Made by a program: the position numbers and the translations under genes. The notes below the pieces were generated by a model. The model was not told the DNA's origin, ran no database searches, and saw only the letters and a program-made list of their open reading frames with translations. From assembly GCA_039683315.1 (NCBI GenBank), contig JBDKRR010000128.1, positions 1 through 40,288 of the forward strand: a stretch of DNA of 40,288 bases, written 5' to 3'. Within the stretch, counting starts at the first letter, position 1. Each line of letters begins with the position of its first letter. Source of the stretch: Sulfuricella sp. (GTDB taxonomy: Bacteria; Pseudomonadota; Gammaproteobacteria; Burkholderiales; Sulfuricellaceae). Below are positions 28,641 through 38,226 of this stretch, piece after piece.

Positions 28641-28680
28641 CAACGGACTACCCCTAGGATGACACTCGCCATGCTGTTTT

Positions 28681-28718
28681 CCCCCACCCCTGCCCTCCCC
28701 CGTTTACGGGAGAGGGGG
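28681..28718 (+). repeat. CCCTCNCCC...GGGAGAGGG palindromic repeat, copy 4
   Basis: CCCCCACCCCTG-CCCTCCCCCGT-TT-ACGGGAGAGGG. Confidence 0.8.
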
Positions 28719-28752
28719 ACGCAGGCTCGCTACGCGAGTCTCATATCTAGCG

Positions 28753-29352
28753 ATGGCTGAAACCCTGATCGACCTGCTGCGGCACGGCGAGCCAGAAGGC
28801 GGGGTGCGGTTTCGCGGCCATATCGACGACCCGCTCAGCGCGACCGGCTGGGCCCAGATGCACGCCGCAGCGGCAACGGCCGGTGGCTGGGAGGTGATCG
28901 TGACTTCGCCGTTGCGGCGTTGCGCCGATTTTTCCGCCGAGCTGGCCTCCCGCCTCGGGGTGCCGCTGGAAAGCGAACCGCACCTGCGCGAAATCGGCTT
29001 CGGCGCCTGGGAAGGTCTCACGGCGGAGCAAGTCGCCGCCCGCGACCCGGAAGCCCTGGCGCGCTTCTGGCGCGACCCGGCACAGCACACCCCGCCCGGC
29101 GGCGAGCCGCTGGCTGATTTCGAGGCGCGCGTGGCGGCGGGCTGGAACGACCTGCTGCAGCGCCACGCGGGCAAAAGAATATTGCTGGTTTGCCACGGCG
29201 GCGTGATCCGCCTCATCATTGCCCGGGTGCTGGCGATGCCGCGCAGCCACCTGTTCCGCCTCAACGTGCCGTTCGCCTCCGTCAGTCGCATCCGGGTGCT
29301 GGGCGATCAGGCCCAGAGCGAACTGATGTTTCTCGGAAGAAATCCGCGATGA
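28753..29352 (+). CDS. cobC: Alpha-ribazole-5'-phosphate phosphatase (histidine phosphatase)
   Basis: RHGE, SPLRRC, E..FG.WEG and HGGVIR; located between cobT and cobS. Confidence 0.88.
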   Translation: MAETLIDLLRHGEPEGGVRFRGHIDDPLSATGWAQMHAAAATAGGWEVIVTSPLRRCADFSAELASRLGVPLESEPHLREIGFGAWEGLTAEQVAARDPEALARFWRDPAQHTPPGGEPLADFEARVAAGWNDLLQRHAGKRILLVCHGGVIRLIIARVLAMPRSHLFRLNVPFASVSRIRVLGDQAQSELMFLGRNPR

Positions 29353-29369
29353 ACCTGAAAAAATCCACT

Positions 29370-29417
29370 TGTAGGTCGGGCTTCAGCCCGACATGTCGGC
29401 ATGAATGCCGACCTACA
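29370..29417. repeat. GTAG-type REP doublet
   Basis: TGTAGGTCGGGCTTCAGCCCGACA joined to the inverted copy TGTCGGCATGAATGCCGACCTACA. Confidence 0.85.
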
Positions 29418-29437
29418 GTCCCAAGCGAGGTGCTGCG

Positions 29438-30166
29438 ATGAAAGCCCTGGTGCTGGCGATCCAGTTTCTCACCCGCCTGCCCACCCCGGCCCTGGCCGAG
29501 CTTGCGCCGCGCGACTGGGGCCGCTCGGCGTTGTTCTATCCGCTGGTGGGCCTGCTCATCGGCGCCTTGCTGGCTGCGCTGCAATTCGCCATAGGCGCCA
29601 GCGCTGCGTCGCTGCAGGCGGCATTGCTGCTGACTGTGTGGGTGCTGCTGACCGGCGGTCTGCATCTCGACGGCCTGGCGGACACCGCCGATGCCTGGGT
29701 GGGCGGACACGGCGACCGCCAGCGCACGCTCGACATCATGAAAGACCCGCGCAGCGGCCCGGCTGCCGTTTCGACCACCGTGCTGGTGCTGCTGCTCAAA
29801 TTCGCCGCACTGGCCGTGCTGCTCAAGGGCAACGCCTGGCCTGCTTTGCTGCTGGCCCCGCTGCTGGGTCGGACAGCGTTGCTCGGCATGCTGCTGAGCA
29901 CGCCCTACGTGCGTGCCGGCGGCATGGGTGCGGCCATTGCCGGGCATCTGCCGCGCAAGAGCGCCTTGGCCCTTCTGCTGGCGATTGCGCTAGGCGTTTG
30001 CTTTCTGGCGGATGGCTGGAAAGCCGTTCTGGCTGTGCTTGTCGTCGGTTTCCTGCTGCGCCGGGCGTTCCTTGCCCGCCTTGGCGGCATGACCGGCGAC
30101 ATGCTTGGGGCGGCGGTCGAGTTGTCCGAAGCAGCCGTTTTGCTGGCCCTGGCTTTGCGTTTCTGA
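29438..30166 (+). CDS. cobS: Cobalamin synthase
   Basis: QFLTRLP, TGGLHLDGLADTAD, IMKDPRSG and GG.TGD.LGA motifs. Confidence 0.95.
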   Translation: MKALVLAIQFLTRLPTPALAELAPRDWGRSALFYPLVGLLIGALLAALQFAIGASAASLQAALLLTVWVLLTGGLHLDGLADTADAWVGGHGDRQRTLDIMKDPRSGPAAVSTTVLVLLLKFAALAVLLKGNAWPALLLAPLLGRTALLGMLLSTPYVRAGGMGAAIAGHLPRKSALALLLAIALGVCFLADGWKAVLAVLVVGFLLRRAFLARLGGMTGDMLGAAVELSEAAVLLALALRF

Positions 30167-30169
30167 GCC

Positions 30170-31093
30170 ATGGCCCACGCCCTCACCGCACTCCTCGCCG
30201 TGCTGCTCGACCACCAGCTCAAGGAACCGCCCCGCTGGCACCCGCTGGTGGGGTTCGGCTGGCTGGTAAACAGGGCGGAAGCAGTGTTCTACGGCCCGGC
30301 CGATTGCGCGTCATGGCCCCGCCGCCTGCGCGGCCTGTTGTCGCTGTCGCTGTTGCTGGGCGGTGTCGTCCTGCCGCTGTGGCTCGGCTTGCGCGCCATG
30401 GGCGCTTACGCCTGGCTGGGTGAAGCCGTCCTGCTTTACCTTGCCCTGGGCGCTGCCAGCCTGGGGGAGCACGCCGCCGAAATTCGCGCCGCCTTGCAGG
30501 CCGGCGACCTGGAACGGGCGCGGGAAAAAGTCGGCCGCATCGTCAGCCGCGACACGGCGGCGATGGACGAAAGCGCCGTGGCCCGCGCGGGGGTGGAATC
30601 GGTGCTGGAAAACGGCTGCGATGCCGTGTTCGGCGCGCTGTTCTGGTTTTTCGTCGCGGGCGCGCCGGGGGCGGTGGCCTATCGTCTCGCCAATACGCTG
30701 GATGCGATGTGGGGCTACAAGAGCGCGCATTACCTCCATTTCGGCTGGGCCGCCGCACGCCTGGACGACGCGCTCAACTGGATTCCGGCGCGCCTCACGG
30801 CACTGACGTATGCCTTGTTCGGCAATGCGCCCCAAGCCTGGCGCTGCTGGCGCGAGCAGGCGCGGGCATGGGAAAGCCCCAACGCCGGACCGGTGATGGC
30901 GGCGGGGGCGGGCGCATTGTCCGTGCAACTGGGCGGAGCGGCCATGTACCACGGCCAGCTTGAGGCGCGCCCCCCGCTCGGTGCGGGTGCGGCGCCGGGC
31001 GAACGCGACATCGGCCGCGCGGTGACGCTGGTGCGGCGCGGCATGTGGCTGTGGCTGGCCGTGGCCTTCATCGGAGGGTGGGCGCTTGCTTGA
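30170..31093 (+). CDS. cbiB: Adenosylcobinamide-phosphate synthase
   Basis: EPPRWHPLV, IVSRDT, ESVLEN..D, NTLDAMWGY and SPNAG motifs. Confidence 0.95.
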   Translation: MAHALTALLAVLLDHQLKEPPRWHPLVGFGWLVNRAEAVFYGPADCASWPRRLRGLLSLSLLLGGVVLPLWLGLRAMGAYAWLGEAVLLYLALGAASLGEHAAEIRAALQAGDLERAREKVGRIVSRDTAAMDESAVARAGVESVLENGCDAVFGALFWFFVAGAPGAVAYRLANTLDAMWGYKSAHYLHFGWAAARLDDALNWIPARLTALTYALFGNAPQAWRCWREQARAWESPNAGPVMAAGAGALSVQLGGAAMYHGQLEARPPLGAGAAPGERDIGRAVTLVRRGMWLWLAVAFIGGWALA

Positions 31094-32066
31094 GCACGGC
31101 GGAAATGTTCGCCAGGCGGCGCAGCGCCACGGCATCGCATTGCCGGACTGGCTCGACCTGTCCACCGGCATCAATCCCATCGGCTGGCCGGTGCCCGCCC
31201 TGCCGGTGGATTGCTGGCAGCGCCTGCCGGAAAGCGACGATGGCCTGGAGCAGGCGGCGCGCCGCTACTACGGCTGCGCCCACGTGCTGCCGGCGGCCGG
31301 TTCACAGGCCGCCATCCGCATGCTGCCAAGCCTGCGCCCGCGCGGTCGCGTCGGCGTGCTGCATCCGGGTTATGCGGAGCATGCCGCAGCCTGGGCGCGG
31401 CACGGCCACGAGGTGGTTTACCTCGCCAGCCACGAGGTCGAGGGCTGGCTGGAACGGCTGGACGTGCTGGTGCTGATCAACCCCAGCAACCCCGGCGGGG
31501 AAAGCTTCGACCCCGCGAGCCTGCTTGCCTGGCAGCACAGGCTGGCGCAGCACGGCGCCTGGCTGGTGGTGGACGAGGCCTTCGTCGACGCGACGCCGGA
31601 ACTCAGCCTGGCGCAGCACGCCGGACAGGAGGGACTGATCGTGCTGCGCTCGCTGGGCAAGTTTTTCGGCCTCGCCGGGGCGCGCGTCGGCTTCGTGCTG
31701 GCGTGGCCCGAATTGCTGGCGCGCCTGAACGAGGCGCTGGGTGCCTGGACGGTGGCCCATGCGGCGCGCTGGGTGGCACGGCTGGCGCTGGAAGACTTCG
31801 CCTGGCAGGCTGCCGAGCGCTCGCGCCTGCGTCTGGCGGGCCGCCGCCTGGCGGACTTGCTGACATGCCACGGCTTGCCCCCGAGCGGTGGCAGCGCGCT
31901 GTTCCAGTGGGTCAGGACGGAGCGGGCAGCAGAAATTCAGGACTGGCTGGCGCGACAGGGTATCTGGCTGCGTCGCTGGGAGGTGCCGTCCAGTCTGCGT
32001 TTTGGCCTGCCGGGGGCGGAAGATGAGTGGCAAAGATTGGAAAATGCATTGAGGAACTTGGCATGA
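31086..32066 (+). CDS. cobD: Threonine-phosphate decarboxylase
   Basis: [17 protein letters not shown] and [13 protein letters not shown] (PLP lysine). Confidence 0.93.
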   Translation: MLEHGGNVRQAAQRHGIALPDWLDLSTGINPIGWPVPALPVDCWQRLPESDDGLEQAARRYYGCAHVLPAAGSQAAIRMLPSLRPRGRVGVLHPGYAEHAAAWARHGHEVVYLASHEVEGWLERLDVLVLINPSNPGGESFDPASLLAWQHRLAQHGAWLVVDEAFVDATPELSLAQHAGQEGLIVLRSLGKFFGLAGARVGFVLAWPELLARLNEALGAWTVAHAARWVARLALEDFAWQAAERSRLRLAGRRLADLLTCHGLPPSGGSALFQWVRTERAAEIQDWLARQGIWLRRWEVPSSLRFGLPGAEDEWQRLENALRNLA

Positions 32067-33529
32067 GCGGCAAAGCTTTGATGGTCCAGGGCTGCACCTC
32101 GGACGCCGGCAAGAGCGCGCTGGTGGCGGGAATCTGCCGCGTCCTGGCGCGGCGCGGCTTGAAGGTCGCGCCATTCAAGCCGCAGAACATGGCGCTCAAC
32201 AGCGCCGTGACCGTCGACGGCGGCGAGATCGGCCGCGCCCAGGCGGTGCAGGCGCAGGCTTGCGGCCTGCTGCCGCACAGCGACATGATCCCGGTGCTGC
32301 TAAAGCCCAATTCCGATATCGGTGCGCAGGTGATCGTGCAGGGCCACGCCGTCGGCAATCTGGACGCCTGCGACTACCACGGCCACAAGCCCAGCCTGCT
32401 GGGCAAGGTGCTGGAGTCCTTCGATCGGCTGAAGCAGGCTTACGACTTCGTGGTGGTGGAAGGAGCGGGCAGCCCGGCGGAGATCAACCTGCGCGACCGC
32501 GACATCGCCAACATGGGCTTCGCCGAGGCCGCCGGCTGCCCGGTGGTGATCATCGCCGACATCGACCGCGGCGGCGTGTTCGCCCACCTGATCGGTACGC
32601 TGGAACTGCTGTCCGAATCCGAGCAGGCGCGCGTCAAGGGCTTTGTCATCAACCGTTTCCGCGGCGACATCGACCTGCTGCAATCCGGGCTGGACTGGCT
32701 GGAAGCGCGCAGCGGCAAGCCGGTGCTGGGCGTGCTGCCCTACCTGCACGACCTGCACCTGGAAGCCGAGGACGCCTTGCCCCAGCCTGCACCGGTCTCC
32801 TCCGGGGACAAGTTCCGCGTCATCGTGCCGCGCCTGCCGCGCATCAGCAACCATACCGATTTTGACCCCTTGCGCCTGCATCCCGACGTGGACCTGCAGT
32901 TCGTCGGCACGGGCGAAGCAATTCCTCCTGCCGACCTGATCATCCTGCCCGGCAGCAAGAACGTGCGCGCCGACCTGGAATGGCTGCGTGCCAGCGGCTG
33001 GGAGGCCGCGCTGCTGCGCCACCTGCGCTACGGCGGCAAGGTCATCGGCATCTGCGGCGGTTTCCAGATGCTGGGGCAGGCGATCCACGATCCGCTGGGC
33101 ATCGAGGGGCCGCCCGGCAGCAGCCCCGGCCTGGGCCTGCTGGAAATCGACACCGAGCTGCGGGCGGAGAAGCAGTTGCACCGCGTCGGCGGCCATCTAA
33201 CCCTGGAAAACGCCGCCGTCGAAGGTTATGAAATCCACGCCGGCATCAGCAGCGGGCCGGGCTTGTCGCGCCCCGCTGTGCGTTTGACGGGGCGCGACGA
33301 TGGCGCGATGGCGCCGGACGGACAGGTGCTCGGTACCTATCTCCACGGCCTGTTCGACGCCAGCGCCGCGAGTGCCGCCCTGCTGCGCTGGGCCGGCCTG
33401 GCGGCGCCCGCAGCGCTGGATTATGTCGATCTGCGCGAGCGGGGAATCGAGCGCATGGCGGATGCGGTGGAGGAGTATTTGGATTGGGAGAAACTAGAGG
33501 CGATTTTTGATACCCAAAAAAACGCTTAA
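32063..33529 (+). CDS. cobQ: Cobyric acid synthase
   Basis: [42 protein letters not shown] and GYEIH. ATG at 32063 overlaps the cobD stop. Confidence 0.96.
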   Translation: MSGKALMVQGCTSDAGKSALVAGICRVLARRGLKVAPFKPQNMALNSAVTVDGGEIGRAQAVQAQACGLLPHSDMIPVLLKPNSDIGAQVIVQGHAVGNLDACDYHGHKPSLLGKVLESFDRLKQAYDFVVVEGAGSPAEINLRDRDIANMGFAEAAGCPVVIIADIDRGGVFAHLIGTLELLSESEQARVKGFVINRFRGDIDLLQSGLDWLEARSGKPVLGVLPYLHDLHLEAEDALPQPAPVSSGDKFRVIVPRLPRISNHTDFDPLRLHPDVDLQFVGTGEAIPPADLIILPGSKNVRADLEWLRASGWEAALLRHLRYGGKVIGICGGFQMLGQAIHDPLGIEGPPGSSPGLGLLEIDTELRAEKQLHRVGGHLTLENAAVEGYEIHAGISSGPGLSRPAVRLTGRDDGAMAPDGQVLGTYLHGLFDASAASAALLRWAGLAAPAALDYVDLRERGIERMADAVEEYLDWEKLEAIFDTQKNA

Positions 33530-33559
33530 CCACGGAGTTCACGGAGAACACGGAGAAAA
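33526..33559 (+). repeat. Single arm of the CACGGAG-NN repeat element
   Basis: TTAACCACGGAGTTCACGGAGAACACGGAGAAA equals the reverse complement of 10711-10743 with 1 mismatch and includes the cobQ TAA. Confidence 0.85.
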
Positions 33560-33567
33560 ACCGCAGA

Positions 33568-33682
33568 ATGTAGGTTGGGCTGAGCAGCTTTACCGCGAAG
33601 CCCAACAAATCCGCGCATTCAAAGGCAGTTATTAAAAGGAAGATTGGGTTTGTTGGGCTTCGTGCCTCAGCCCAACCTACAT
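33568..33682. repeat. GTAG-type REP doublet (REPIN-like)
   Basis: Outer 17-bp perfect inverted repeat ATGTAGGTTGGGCTGAG/CTCAGCCCAACCTACAT and inner 14-bp inverted repeat CGAAGCCCAACAAA/TTTGTTGGGCTTCG around an AT-rich spacer. Confidence 0.85.
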
Positions 33683-33728
33683 GATCGGTTGTCTCGCATG
33701 GACCTGAGCTTCATTTTTTAAGTTAATT

Positions 33729-34613
33729 ATGCTTCTACGGATTACCTTCTTCATGCTGCTGTTCTTCTGGCACACGCTCGCGGCCGCCGTCAGCGTGAGC
33801 GACGACAGCGGCCAGCGCGTGACGCTGCCGCGCCCGGCCCAGCGCATCGTCAGTCTGGCGCCTCACCTCACCGAAATACTGTTCGCGGTGGGGGCGGGCG
33901 GCCGGGTGGTGGGTGCGGTGCAGTACAGCGATTACCCGGCCGAGGCGAAGAAACTGCCGCGTATCGGCGGCTACCAGCAAGTCGACCTGGAAGCGGTGAT
34001 CGGCCTGCGCCCCGACCTGATCGTCGCGTGGCAAAGCGGTAACAACGCGGGGCAGATCGCGCAATTGAAGCAGCTCGGCTTTCCCGTCTATATCAGCGAA
34101 CCGCGGCGCATTACGGACGTCGCTTCGAGCATGGAGCGCATCGGCGCGCTGGCCGGCGGCGGCGAGCAGGCGGCGCGCGCAGTGCGGGATTTCCGCAGCC
34201 GTCATGCCCGGCTGCAGGCGCAGTATGCGCGGCGCTCCCCGGTGCGCACGTTTTACGAGGTGTGGAACCGCCCGCTCATGACGGTCAACGGCGCGCACCT
34301 GATCGGCGATGTGATGAAGCTGTGCGGCGCGCAGAACGTGTTTGCCGATCTTCCCGTCCTGACCCCGACTGTCAGCGAAGAAGCGGTACTGGTAGCCGAC
34401 CCCGAAGTGATCGTCGCCAGCGGCATGGATGAAGCGCGCCCGGAGTGGCTGGACGAATGGCGGCGCTGGCCGCGCATGAAGGCGGTGCAGGCCGGACGCC
34501 TGTATTTCGTGCCGCCCGACCTGCTGCAGCGCCACAGCCCGCGCATCCTGGATGGCGCGGAGCAGCTATGCCAGCTGGTGGATCGGGCGCGGCAAACGGC
34601 GGGCGCGAAGTGA
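33729..34613 (+). CDS. btuF: Periplasmic cobalamin-binding protein
   Basis: RIVSLAPHLTE.LFA.GAG, YSDYP..A, AWQSGN, CG..NVFAD and R.SPRIL.G...LC motifs. Confidence 0.88.
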   Translation: MLLRITFFMLLFFWHTLAAAVSVSDDSGQRVTLPRPAQRIVSLAPHLTEILFAVGAGGRVVGAVQYSDYPAEAKKLPRIGGYQQVDLEAVIGLRPDLIVAWQSGNNAGQIAQLKQLGFPVYISEPRRITDVASSMERIGALAGGGEQAARAVRDFRSRHARLQAQYARRSPVRTFYEVWNRPLMTVNGAHLIGDVMKLCGAQNVFADLPVLTPTVSEEAVLVADPEVIVASGMDEARPEWLDEWRRWPRMKAVQAGRLYFVPPDLLQRHSPRILDGAEQLCQLVDRARQTAGAK

Positions 34614-34617
34614 ACGG

Positions 34618-36726
34618 TCAGTTCGGTCCATAGGGGCCGGCGGCTGCATCCAGGCCTGACTGCAACAGTGCGTGCGCCCGAGAATCCTGCAGCCGCTCGG
34701 CTATCTGGCCTGACGTCAGCGGGAGGCTGAGCAGATAGCCCTGCACTTCATGACAGTGGATCTGACGCAGAATTTCGAGTTGTGCGAAGGTTTCCACGCC
34801 TTCCGCGATTACATGCATATCCAGCCCTTGCGCCAGGCTTCCGATGGCGCTGATGACGGCGCCCATTTTGGGCTGCTGCGCGAGTTCGCGCATGAAAGCC
34901 TGGTCGATCTTGAGCGTGTCGATGGGTAAATGGGCGAGGTAGGACATGCTGGAAAAACCGGTGCCGAAATCGTCGATCGAGATGCGCACACCGAAGGCTT
35001 TCAGGTCATGCAGCATTTGGCGGGCATGCGCCATGTTGTCGAGGAACACCGATTCGGTCAGCTCAAGCTCGATGCGGCACGGAGCGATTCCGCTTTGCTC
35101 GATGATGGATGTCGTTTCCTGGAGAAAATTCCGGCTGTGAAACTGGCGCGGGGATATGTTGACGGCCATGCGCAGGCAGGGAAGGTCATGTTCGTCCCAT
35201 GCGCGTAGCTGCTGGCAGGCCGCTTGCAACGCCCAGGCGCCCATTTTATGGATCATGCCGCTTTTTTCCGCGATGGGAATGAATTCCCCCGGCGTTATCT
35301 CGCCCAGCTGTGGATGGCGCCAGCGCATGAGTGCTTCGACGCCGCGCATCTGTCCGCACTGCATGCCGAACTGGGGCTGATAGACGAGATAGAGTTCCTG
35401 GTGCTCGATGGCATGCCTGAGTCTGCCTTCCAGCGCGAGCTGGTTATGCGCGCGCTGATCCAGGTCGGGCGTGAAGAACTGGACGGAATTGCCGCCCACT
35501 TCCTTGGCGCGTTCCAGCGCTCGGTCCGCCGCTCCCAGCAGATCCTCGGCCTTCTTGCCATCGTGCGGATAAACGGCGATGCCGATGCTGGCGGTGAGGT
35601 AATACGTTTCATCGCCATGCTCGAACGGGGAATCGAACATGCGCAGCAGCCGGTCCCCGATCCTGGCGCAGTCCTGGAGGTGGCTCGCATGGGAGAGCAG
35701 CACACTGAATTCATCCGAACCGGTGCGGGCGAGCAGGTCCGTTTCGTACAACTTGCCCGCGAGCCGTTGCGCCACCATTTGCAGCAGGTGGTCGCCGCCG
35801 GCCTGGCCAATGGAGTGGTTGACGGTCTTGAAACGGTCGATGTCCAGTTGCAGGATCATCAGCGGTGCGCCATCCGGCTCTTTTCTGCGTTTCGCCAGGG
35901 CGCGGTTCAGCGCTTTGTGGAAGTGGCGCCGGTCGGGGAGCGAAGTCAGGGGGTCGCGTCCCACCAGGCTGCGAATATGGGCGCGCGTGCGCCGCCTTTC
36001 CGAGATGTCGGAGAAAATCAGCATGACGCCGCTGGGCAGGCCGTGGCTGTCGCTGAACACCGAAGACCAGACCAGCAAATCGATATGCTTGCCGTCACGG
36101 CGCAATTGCCCCTGCAGCTCCCTGCCGGACAGGGGCTTGCCTCGCAGGGCATCGCCGGCAAGGGCGTCGAGGAGTTGGTCTGAAATATCCGATGTCAGCG
36201 GAGCGTGCTGGCCGAGCACTTCATGATCGTGCCAGCCATATATTTGCGTGGCGGCATGATTCCATAGCGTGATGCGCCCTGCGGTATCGAGCGCGACGAT
36301 TGCCAGCGGGGAGGACGCAATGATGGTGTTGAGCTGCTTGTTGGATTACAGCAATTGCTCGCGCAGATGGATTTTGTCCTCGCTGTACTGCAGGCTCACC
36401 ATGAACGCCTGTCCGTCGCGCCAGGGGATGGAAAGCGTGTGCATTTCCGCCAGGCCGCGTGTGCCATCGGCCTGGAACAGGTCGATTTCCACGGTTTCGT
36501 CAAGCAGCAGCGGGTGGCCGAACAACTGGCAGCCCGCGTCGCTTTCATCCAGGCACAGCATGTGTTTGGCCACCGCGTTGGCATAAAGGATGGCGCCTTC
36601 ATGCTGCACCACCAGAATGCCGGACATGTGGTGTTCCACGACGGCGTCCAGCAACCCGGGTGCCGTCGACTGTTCTGAGCGGGAAGCCGGGTGCACGGCA
36701 ATTTCTTCGAAGGAAAGTCTTTTCAT
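34618..36726 (-). pseudogene. PAS-PAS-GGDEF-EAL c-di-GMP protein interrupted by one in-frame TAA at 36346-36348
   Basis: ORF 36346-36726 continues in frame (EQLL*SNKQLNTIIASSPLAIVALD..GRITLWN.AA..IYGW) for 42 codons into ORF 34618-36219. It has GSDEF, EALMRW and DDFGTG motifs. Confidence 0.82.
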
Positions 36727-36742
36727 TTCAGGCTTCCTGTAT

Positions 36743-37882
36743 TCAGACCGCTATTTTGCACTGCTGGATATCCAGGGTGAGGATGGATATGTCGTCGTGG
36801 GGATCCATGCCATTGAGGAAATGCACCAGCCCGCGCTTGAGCTTTTCCATCAGGAAAAAACCCTCGTGCAGCGGATCGCTCAGCGCTTGCCTGAAATGCC
36901 GCTCGCCGAACAACTCGCCGCTGGCGTTTTGCGCTTCCAGCAAGCCATCGCTGCACAACAAAATCTGGGCGACGCCGGATAGATCGACGATCCGGGTGCC
37001 GGCATCGAAGCGTTCCGCGTCGACGATACCAAGCGGGAACTTGCTGGCGCCGAGTTCTGCCACCACCTGGTGAGATTCGTCCAGCAGCAGCACCGGCGGA
37101 TGACCGCCACTCCATATCTCCAGTTGCTGTAGCAGAGGAGAGAAACGCACCAATATGCCGGCACAAAACTTCCCCGTGGGCAGCAGGGAATACAGCTTGC
37201 GATTGATTTCGGCGGCGATTTCACCGATGCCGAAGCCTTTCTGGCTCATGGTGAAAAAAATGTCCGTGGTCGGCAATGCCCCGATCGCCGCGGCGAGTCC
37301 ATGTCCCGTGAAATCGCCCATCAGGATGTACAGTTCGTTGGCGGGGGTGCGTTCATACACCAGCAGGTCGCCGCTGAAATGACCGGCGGCGAGTATCCAG
37401 TGCTTGATGGCCGGGATATCCGCCGGGCTGCGGCCGATGAAGGTGTCAAACATGTGCCTGGCGAGCTGGATTTCATGGTGGATGCGCTGCTGGTGGTTTT
37501 CGAGCTGCGCGTAGATGTCGCGCATGCGCTCATAGCCCGAGATTTTCGCCAGGAGCAACTGCGCGTCGATGTGGCCGTCAATGAAATCGACCGCGCCGCA
37601 GTTCAGGAAATCGTCCAGCGCAATGTTTTCTCCTGTCGCAACGGACAGCAGAACGGGAATGAAGCGGTCATTCGCCAGCGCGCAAATTTTGCGCGTGCAA
37701 ACGTAGCCGCCCGTGCCGGGTAACCGGACATCCATGAGAACGAGGTCGATGCGATAGCGGCGCAGCTGGGACAGGACGGTCTGGCAACTGGTGGCGCGGA
37801 TGACGTCGTGCCCATTCTTTCTGAGCAGGTCGGCAAGCCCGTGCATTCTGTCCGGATCGTGTTCGGCAAGCAGCAGTTTCAT
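36743..37882 (-). CDS. Response regulator receiver fused to a PP2C/SpoIIE phosphatase
   Basis: DLVLMDV receiver; SGD, GDFTGHGL.AA, SDGL.E and DDIS phosphatase motifs. AAGGAG precedes ATG 37882. Confidence 0.88.
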   Translation of the reverse strand: MKLLLAEHDPDRMHGLADLLRKNGHDVIRATSCQTVLSQLRRYRIDLVLMDVRLPGTGGYVCTRKICALANDRFIPVLLSVATGENIALDDFLNCGAVDFIDGHIDAQLLLAKISGYERMRDIYAQLENHQQRIHHEIQLARHMFDTFIGRSPADIPAIKHWILAAGHFSGDLLVYERTPANELYILMGDFTGHGLAAAIGALPTTDIFFTMSQKGFGIGEIAAEINRKLYSLLPTGKFCAGILVRFSPLLQQLEIWSGGHPPVLLLDESHQVVAELGASKFPLGIVDAERFDAGTRIVDLSGVAQILLCSDGLLEAQNASGELFGERHFRQALSDPLHEGFFLMEKLKRGLVHFLNGMDPHDDISILTLDIQQCKIAV

Positions 37883-37942
37883 GGCGACTCCTTGACGTTC
37901 TGGCATGCATGCCGCATCCGGCATGCGTGGCGAATGAGCTTG

Positions 37943-37959
37943 TTGGCATATGTGTTGCA
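37943..37959 (+). promoter_or_regulatory. Candidate sigma54 promoter facing the phosphoketolase gene
   Basis: TTGGCATATGTGTTGCA fits TGGCA-N6-TTGCA (GG-N10-GC). Confidence 0.45.
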
Positions 37960-38155
37960 GCGCCCGCTGGGGCGGATGGTGGCGAATCGTTCCTGCTCGC
38001 TGAATGAAGCTTGCATGAAATTTTCTCTGGCAACGACGCGTAGTGAAACATCGGGGTACCGACTCTAGCCGCTGTAAATGAACATTTAATGACGTCCGCG
38101 TGTTCATTTTGTGGCAGTGGTTCACGCGGTTTGGTCGTTTGAAGCTGGTGGAACT

Positions 38156-38184
38156 TCGTCATGAGCTTGTCATCAAACTGCAAG
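38156..38184 (+). promoter_or_regulatory. Pho-box-like (OmpR/PhoB-type) 11-bp direct repeats
   Basis: TCGTCAT-GAGC-TTGTCAT-CAAA-CTGCAAG versus consensus CTGTCAT-N4-CTGTCAY. Confidence 0.45.
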
Positions 38185-38226
38185 ACAATCCACGCCACAA
38201 ATTGTCCAGCCCAAGGAGAACGACGA

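Noticed and set aside
37904-37929. Hairpin containing GCCGGATGCGGC (minus strand), resembling the E. coli REP core
   Set aside because: It is a single copy with no GTAG end and matches none of the repeat families here. It is probably just a leader hairpin.
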